Below, piece by piece: positions 34,909 through 40,295 of a stretch of DNA of 40,295 nt (the first letter of the stretch is position 1; each line of letters starts with the position of its first letter). The stretch is taken from the IMG/VR virus record IMGVR_UViG_3300032212_000054, positions 1-40,295 of that record; one strand, 5' to 3'. Made by a program: the position numbers and the translations under genes. Source of the stretch: a virus (Duplodnaviria; Caudoviricetes). The notes under the pieces are model-generated. The model was not told where the DNA came from and ran no database searches. It saw only the letters and a list, made by a program, of their open reading frames with translations.

Positions 34909-36240
34909 ATGATGATGAAGCGAGTTTATAAGCCAGAAAAAAATGTATTCGAAGCTGCTTGGGAAAGAATAGATTTTGTTTTTAATAATTTTGAGCGTGT
35001 TTACCTTTCCTTTTCTGGGGGTAAAGACTCTGGCGTTATGTTGAATTTGTGTTTGGATTACATGAAAGCTAATAACATAAAGCAAAAGCTTGGTATTCAG
35101 ATAATGGATAACGAGGCAAACTATGAGCTTTCATATGAATTTATGCACCGCATGATGCGAGATAATAGAGATATGCTTGACATCTATTGGTGCTGTATGC
35201 CTATCACGCTACCTTGCACTGTTAGTGCTTATCATATTGATTGGCAGTGTTGGGGGAAAAGAGATAAAGACAGGTGGATTAGAGAAATGCCCACTGATGA
35301 TTACGTGGTAAATATCGATAATCACGAGTTTGATTTTTTTGAAGAAGATATGCACTACGATCATTTTTGGGACGGGTTCGCTGAATGGTACGCACAAGGT
35401 AAGACTTGCGCCAATTTAATAGGTATTAGGACTTCTGAGAGTCTAAATCGTTTTAGGGCGATACTGAACGAAAGAAAGGAGACTAAAGGCGGTATGATGT
35501 GGACAAAGAAAAATACAGAGCATGTTTACAATTGCTACCCGATTTATGATTGGATGAGTAACGATGTTTGGCGCTCTAACGCTGAATACGAATGGGATTA
35601 CAATAAGCTTTATGACGTGTTTTATAAGGCTGGGATTCCTGTTGGTTCAATGCGTGTAGCCAGTCCGTTTATGAGTGAAGCTAAATCATCGCTGAATTTT
35701 TATAGGGTTATAGATCCGCATATTTGGTCTAGATTGTGTGCAAGGGTTCAGGGGGCAAACTTTATAGCCACGTACGGGAAGCAAATGGGGTACAAAAGCA
35801 TTTCATTACCAAAAGGGCATACATGGAAGTCATTTACTAAGTTTTTACTTGATACGTTACCAAAGGAATCCTCTGAAAATTTTAGGCGGCGCTTTGCTCA
35901 ATCTATACGGTTTTGGGCTAGAGTAGGGCGAGGCCTTTCTAGTGAGGTTATAGAGGATTTAAAGAAAAATAACATACCTTTCAGGATAAACGGAAAGACA
36001 GCTCACGGAAGTAAGACGTTAGATAGGGTTGCTATAAGTAGGGTTCCAGACCATTTGGATATGCTTAAGTGCCACAACAGTGATGTAACAAGCTGGAAAA
36101 GGTTTGCTATAACAATTCTGAAGAATGACCACACTTGCAAATACATGGGCTTACAACCAACAAAAGAGCAAGCTGTTAGGCAAAGGCAAATAATGGAAAA
36201 ATATAAAAACCTAGGAGATAAGAAAAATGCTAATAAGTAA
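34909..36240 (+). CDS. ibrA: IbrA/YbdN-like PAPS-reductase-family (PP-loop) protein with DUF3440-type C-terminus
   Basis: SFSGGKDSG, IGIRTSESLNR, YPIYDW, YNKLYD, MRVASPF, RVQGANF, LPKGHTWKSF, ILKNDHTCK. Confidence 0.88.
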   Translation: MMMKRVYKPEKNVFEAAWERIDFVFNNFERVYLSFSGGKDSGVMLNLCLDYMKANNIKQKLGIQIMDNEANYELSYEFMHRMMRDNRDMLDIYWCCMPITLPCTVSAYHIDWQCWGKRDKDRWIREMPTDDYVVNIDNHEFDFFEEDMHYDHFWDGFAEWYAQGKTCANLIGIRTSESLNRFRAILNERKETKGGMMWTKKNTEHVYNCYPIYDWMSNDVWRSNAEYEWDYNKLYDVFYKAGIPVGSMRVASPFMSEAKSSLNFYRVIDPHIWSRLCARVQGANFIATYGKQMGYKSISLPKGHTWKSFTKFLLDTLPKESSENFRRRFAQSIRFWARVGRGLSSEVIEDLKKNNIPFRINGKTAHGSKTLDRVAISRVPDHLDMLKCHNSDVTSWKRFAITILKNDHTCKYMGLQPTKEQAVRQRQIMEKYKNLGDKKNANK

Positions 36241-36616
36241 CGTAAAAACATTAGATAAAGAAAGGAAAGTTAAATTTCATGCTGGTGAAAGCAATAGAAT
36301 AATACTTAAATCTGACGGTATGGGGTTTGGATTAACAAAGACGGTTGTACAGCCTGGAGCTGGAAGGGTTTTTCAGCACTACAAAAACCATTTAGAGTCT
36401 TGTTATTGCGTTTCTGGATATGCGATTTTAACAGATGCAACTGACGGTAAAGAATACGGCATATCTCCGGGCGTGACTTACACGTTAAATAATAATGATC
36501 CGCATTGGTTTGAGGCGATAGAGGAAACAGTTTTAATTTGTGTGTTTAATCCGCCTTTGATCGCAAGAGAAACACACAGAGAAGATGGTTCATATTCATT
36601 AGATGGGAGTAATTAA
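36227..36616 (+). CDS. ectC: Solitary ectoine synthase-like cupin
   Basis: DGMGF, HYKNHLE..YC..G, PG..Y.L...D.H and CVFNPPL...E.H.EDG.Y match EctC signatures. Confidence 0.88.
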   Translation: MLISNVKTLDKERKVKFHAGESNRIILKSDGMGFGLTKTVVQPGAGRVFQHYKNHLESCYCVSGYAILTDATDGKEYGISPGVTYTLNNNDPHWFEAIEETVLICVFNPPLIARETHREDGSYSLDGSN

Positions 36617-37175
36617 GATGACCGAATACAAATCACCAGTTTACAATGTGATACCAGTGCCTATTGAAAAGGTAACAGCGAACGACTACAACCCAAACAG
36701 CGTGGCACCACCAGAAATGGCATTGCTTGAAACGTCAATATGGGAAGACGGTTATACGCAGCCTGTTGTGACTGTTTACGATAAAGAAAATGACAAGTAC
36801 GTTGTTGTTGATGGGTTTCATAGATTTTTAACGCTAAAAAACTCAAAAAGAATATTAGAGCGCGAGGGCGGCGTTCTTCCTTGTGTTGTTTTAGATAAAA
36901 CGATGGAAAATAGAATGGCGTCAACAATCCGCCATAATAGAGCAAGAGGTAGTCACAATATTGAGTTGATGAGCACCATTGTTTCAGAGCTTGTTGAGAT
37001 GGGTAAGGGCGATAGGTGGATATGCCAACATATAGGCATGTCACCAGATGAGCTTTTAAGAATGAAGCAAATAACAGGGTTGGCGGCTCTGTTTCAGAAT
37101 ACTGATTTTTCAGATTCATGGGAAGTTGAGGAAGACGATGAAGAAATTGAGTCGGGTATATCATCCATACAATAA
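36603..37175 (+). CDS. ibrB: IbrB/YbdM-like ParB/Sulfiredoxin-domain protein
   Basis: ANDYNPNSVAPPEM.LL..SI.EDGYTQP, VVDGFHR, RMASTIRHNRARG.H. Start may be 36618. Confidence 0.9.
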   Translation: MGVIKMTEYKSPVYNVIPVPIEKVTANDYNPNSVAPPEMALLETSIWEDGYTQPVVTVYDKENDKYVVVDGFHRFLTLKNSKRILEREGGVLPCVVLDKTMENRMASTIRHNRARGSHNIELMSTIVSELVEMGKGDRWICQHIGMSPDELLRMKQITGLAALFQNTDFSDSWEVEEDDEEIESGISSIQ

Positions 37176-37551
37176 TTGGGAAGAAATTAATTTTAATATG
37201 TGGGGTGATGTAAAGGATGAGAAATCATGGTTGCAAAAAGCTATAGATTTTACTGGCGATCATGAATTATATGGTAGGCATATGTTTAGAGTAATAAAGG
37301 AATGGCCGGTAAGTTGTGAGAACGCACTAACAGATAGCTTTATAAATAAAAAAGCTTGGGTTGGCCATGCTGCGGCGGCTTTGGCTATAAATTGCCCTGA
37401 ACACATAACTAGAAAAGCATGGGGGTTTTTAACCGATGAGCAAAAATTTTTGGCAAATAAACAAGCAGAGCGAGCAATACGAACATGGCAAAACAGCTAT
37501 ATCGAGAGCAAAAAGCTATATTCAGGTGTGGGAGGGTCGTTGCTACTCTGA
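37126..37551 (+). CDS. Trp-rich hypothetical protein in ibrAB operon
   Basis: RVYHPY..WEE...MW, EWP.SCE.ALT, AW.GHAA; overlaps both neighbours. Probable start is 37138. Confidence 0.75.
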   Translation: MRKTMKKLSRVYHPYNNWEEINFNMWGDVKDEKSWLQKAIDFTGDHELYGRHMFRVIKEWPVSCENALTDSFINKKAWVGHAAAALAINCPEHITRKAWGFLTDEQKFLANKQAERAIRTWQNSYIESKKLYSGVGGSLLL

Positions 37552-37744
37552 CGGTATACCAGATGAGGTTTCTGATAGGTTAATGGAGTCTATGAGAGTG
37601 CCAAGCTATAAAGCTATTGCTTTGGCTGTGTTAGATAATGATCTTAGTTTGTACGGTCTTGGTTTTACGCCGCATGTTAGTCACTGGTACAGAACTGTAA
37701 AGCAGTTAAATAAGAAAGAAACAGATCAGATGGAGATGTTTTAG
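37436..37744 (+). CDS. Stand-alone paralogue of the IbrA C-terminal subdomain
   Basis: VPSYKAIALAVLDNDLSLYGLGFTP aligns without gaps to VTSWKRFAITILKNDHTCKYMGLQP of IbrA. Confidence 0.65.
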   Translation: MSKNFWQINKQSEQYEHGKTAISRAKSYIQVWEGRCYSDGIPDEVSDRLMESMRVPSYKAIALAVLDNDLSLYGLGFTPHVSHWYRTVKQLNKKETDQMEMF

Positions 37745-37745
37745 G

Positions 37746-38330
37746 ATGAAAAGGAAAATAATACAGCTACTAACTAACGATACGCACTCACTAATAGCTC
37801 TATGTAATGACGGCACAGTGTTAAGGGAAGATAGTAACCAGTGGGCTTTAAATAATTGGGACGTGCCGCAGCCCGACAATAAAAAAACTAAATCAACTAA
37901 AGAGGAGTTTGATTTTTCAAAGTGGCCTAATTCAGCAGATCCTAAAATATTCAATGAGCTATGTAGGTCTAGAAAATCAAAAAGAAGCGTTATCATGACG
38001 CAGGCTTATATAGATTCAGCGACTAAACACTTGCACGATCTAAACTCTAAAGGTGTTGATGTTAATAAGGCGCTTAGCATTGCCGCTAAACATGGCTGGC
38101 AAGGTTTTAAAGCTAGTTGGGTGCTAAATGAAATACAGTCAGAACCGGAGCGTTCAGAAGAGCAGCCTCAAACCGTACAAGACGTTGTTAATTTTCTCAA
38201 TGACGGAAGACTTAAAAATATTGCTGATATACCTACCAACCTAAGGAAAGAAGTAGAGACTTTGTATAGGGTTGGTAGGTTTAATCCAGAAACATGTAAA
38301 AAATTAGAGTTGATAGGTTTGGCAATATGA
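37746..38330 (+). CDS. Replication-protein-like (initiator C-terminal-type domain)
   Basis: FDFSKWP...RK.K...TQ...GWQGFKASW resembles C-terminal domains of phage replication proteins; no N-terminal HTH seen. Confidence 0.5.
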   Translation: MKRKIIQLLTNDTHSLIALCNDGTVLREDSNQWALNNWDVPQPDNKKTKSTKEEFDFSKWPNSADPKIFNELCRSRKSKRSVIMTQAYIDSATKHLHDLNSKGVDVNKALSIAAKHGWQGFKASWVLNEIQSEPERSEEQPQTVQDVVNFLNDGRLKNIADIPTNLRKEVETLYRVGRFNPETCKKLELIGLAI

Positions 38331-38521
38331 AGATTTGCAGAGATTGTAAAGAGAAAAAGAGGCACAGTGAGTTTTACACAAACGGCAGTAAAGGCTATAA
38401 GCCAAATTGCAAACAATGTGAATCATCGAAGTACGCAAAGGGCCGGCAGTTTAAAATAAGCAAACTCGATACGATGATAAATAATTATATTTCAGGTTCT
38501 AATTTTTGGAGCACGTTATGA
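38327..38521 (+). CDS. Zinc-finger protein (CxxC...EF...CxxC)
   Basis: KICRDCKEKK..SEFY...NCKQC. Confidence 0.65.
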   Translation: MKICRDCKEKKRHSEFYTNGSKGYKPNCKQCESSKYAKGRQFKISKLDTMINNYISGSNFWSTL

Positions 38522-38709
38522 CAGATAAAGCGAGAATAAAAGCATTAGAGAAAATGCTATCTTTTATTGAAAGTGAAAACGGAAAATTGCGAACAGCTCT
38601 ACAAACTAAACAGCTAGAATTAAATAGCGCTGATTTATATTACTCTTACGTAGAAAGTGAAATGTATAAACGTGGATTTAGCTTTGAGACTAACGAGAGG
38701 TTGCATTGA
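38506..38709 (+). CDS. Hypothetical coiled-coil protein
   Basis: 67-aa ORF coupled to neighbours. Confidence 0.6.
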   Translation: MEHVMTDKARIKALEKMLSFIESENGKLRTALQTKQLELNSADLYYSYVESEMYKRGFSFETNERLH

Positions 38710-39170
38710 TGGAGTACCAGGTTTCTAAAAATAACTTTAACGAGTTCCAAGAATCTATCCACCAGGAGTTACAAAAAGAACCGCTGTTGCTAATAGAAAC
38801 TAAAAGCCCAAAGATAGGCAAGTGGTCGATGAGTCGTATTTGGTTTGCATGGATGAGTAGCACAGCTAAGTTTATGGCTGAAAACGGCGTGACAATGCCG
38901 TTAATGATTAAATCAGACGGTACACCACACGGGCTAAGGCCATTTAACGCTGATGATGCACATTTATTGTTTACTTGCCATTGGTTAGGGCGTGACGAGC
39001 AAGGTGATAGGTTAAGTTGGTCTAGAAGCGGCAGGGATGGTATGAGGGCAGCAACAAAGGGTGAAAGGTTCAACGCACTACGTAAGCATGAAAGCTATTG
39101 TTTAGAGCGTGGTATTGAATTATTTCAGCCAAGGGATAGTGAGTACAAGGAATTACAAAGTGGGAATTAA
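38706..39170 (+). CDS. NinB/YbcN-like recombination-associated protein
   Basis: W.AWM, ATKGE.F..L...E....ERGI.L..P.DSEY pattern. Confidence 0.7.
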   Translation: MMEYQVSKNNFNEFQESIHQELQKEPLLLIETKSPKIGKWSMSRIWFAWMSSTAKFMAENGVTMPLMIKSDGTPHGLRPFNADDAHLLFTCHWLGRDEQGDRLSWSRSGRDGMRAATKGERFNALRKHESYCLERGIELFQPRDSEYKELQSGN

Positions 39171-39245
39171 TTCCAGTTTATCTACAGTAAGTAGGAATTA
39201 AACACGTAACCTTTTAAATAAACGGGGCAGCGTAGCAAGTCCGCT

Positions 39246-39470
39246 TTGATTTTGTTGTTATATGGCGACTTTAACCAACAGGTGAATAAAATGGATAATG
39301 TAATTGGAATTACTAAAGACACAGAAATACCAGAAAAAAGCAGTAAGGAATTATATTTAGAACTCTTGTATTGTGTAGAAGAAAAGCACGAAAACGAAAC
39401 AAGGCACGAAACGGCAAAAAGACTATTAACAGACGCACAAAATAAAAGCGAGGCTTGCGGAAATGGATAA
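39246..39470 (+). CDS. Hypothetical protein
   Basis: Probable start MDNVIG (~39291) after AGGTG; LYLELLYCV..K...ETRHETA.R motif. Confidence 0.6.
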   Translation: MILLLYGDFNQQVNKMDNVIGITKDTEIPEKSSKELYLELLYCVEEKHENETRHETAKRLLTDAQNKSEACGNG

Positions 39471-39747
39471 TGTAACAAAGGCAAATTTTAACACTAGATT
39501 TTCATCGCAAGAAGATTTAGAGCAAGATATAGCTAAATTGATAGAAAAGTATGACGGACAAATATCACTAGCACAGTTTATTGGGGTGCTGGATATTGTT
39601 AAATATAGCTTGCTAACTGGACACAGTAATTAAGCAATATAAAGTTAAATTACAGGGTACTTGCATCCCTGTTAAGGTTATAATAATTTGTTTATCTATT
39701 CTAAATCGGTATTTAACAAAATAAACATAAGCGATTATCATTAAGCA

Positions 39748-39954
39748 ATGAAACGAGCATGCAAGTCACCACAGCAAGAACTAAGTTTGATCTTTAGGCT
39801 AAGAAAGGAAATAGATTTTCTGAGTGAGTGCCAAGGGCAGGCAGAGCAGACGTATTTAATGCTAAAGGCTGAGCGTGATTTGTTGCAAATGAAGCTAGGC
39901 GAAGCTGAAAAAGAGAACGCTAGGCTACGTAAATTGATTTATAGAGCAGAATAA
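39748..39954 (+). CDS. Hypothetical coiled-coil protein
   Basis: 68-aa ORF with heptad pattern. Confidence 0.55.
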   Translation: MKRACKSPQQELSLIFRLRKEIDFLSECQGQAEQTYLMLKAERDLLQMKLGEAEKENARLRKLIYRAE

Positions 39955-40061
39955 ACGAAACATAACACAGTGATTTGCGACACTGATATTGATAGATAAT
40001 TTTAATTAATGGCGTTAATTGACAGATTTGGGTTAACGCAACAACAGAAAGAGGTTTCACG

Positions 40062-40247
40062 ATGAAAACATATACCAAAGGAAACGGACATCATAGTTAT
40101 TGGCTGTTAAAAAATGGCGAAGCTATTGGTCATTTTGAGCCAGAGTCAGAAAAAGAATTAGATCGGATTGTTGAAGTTATGAATACAGTCGAATTCAACA
40201 AACGTAAAAAAAGCAATGAAAACTGGATAAACAACTTACCAGATTAA
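40062..40247 (+). CDS. Hypothetical protein (3' part duplicated at window start)
   Basis: 61-aa ORF flanked by boundary motifs on both sides. Confidence 0.7.
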   Translation: MKTYTKGNGHHSYWLLKNGEAIGHFEPESEKELDRIVEVMNTVEFNKRKKSNENWINNLPD

Positions 40248-40253
40248 CAGATA
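40128..40253 (+). repeat. Right copy of 126-bp direct repeat
   Basis: Identical to 1-126. Confidence 0.95.
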
Positions 40254-40295
40254 GAAAAGCGGAGGAATTTATGGAAGAAACATCACTACAACGAT

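Noticed and set aside
36227-36616. Complete ectoine biosynthesis auxiliary pathway
   Set aside because: No ectA or ectB is recognisable. The only GNAT gene (17558) sits in the conserved virion position, and ectC is embedded in ibrAB.
37328-37338. TAACAGATAG match to the boundary motif
   Set aside because: It is mid-CDS, lacks the following purine run and RBS, and is probably chance.
37415-37551. Programmed -1 frameshift fusing ORFs 37126 and 37436
   Set aside because: The downstream ORF is in the +1 frame, and the candidate runs (GGGGGTTTTTA, CAAAAAG) would not produce that fusion by -1 slippage.

Overview
The window looks like a near-complete (~40.1 kb unit) genome of an AT-rich podovirus with P22-like virion genes. 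A marine gammaproteobacterial host is plausible but is inference only. Bases 1-126 recur exactly at 40128-40253, suggesting circular permutation, but the two copies then diverge. Layout: (i) an array of tiny accessory genes (about 40040 through the junction to 3200) separated by a conserved AACnGATAGA(A/G)G boundary motif and including a PP-loop/PAPS-reductase-like gene; (ii) a late operon (3257-27430) with membrane proteins, an extra fibre/lectin module, TerS, TerL, portal, scaffold, P22-type coat, gp4-/gp10-/needle-like tail proteins, a GNAT protein, four ejection proteins, a tail fibre and a beta-helix tailspike; (iii) a leftward early operon (31920 to 27765) with Erf, YqaJ exonuclease, DUF1364-like, VRR-NUC, a Gly-repeat gene pair, an SSB-like protein, an M15 endolysin and lipoproteins; (iv) back-to-back promoters and one Cro-like HTH gene; (v) a rightward arm with a cluster of small structured RNAs and a tightly coupled ibrA-ectC-ibrB-orf-orf operon. 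No integrase, CI-like repressor, helicase, primase or polymerase was recognised. The two best candidates for undescribed biology are the IbrA/solitary EctC/IbrB operon (possible new DNA or nucleotide modification chemistry) and the motif-bounded cassette array, whose assembly branch point falls exactly on the motif. All family assignments come from motif recognition by eye; no database search was run.
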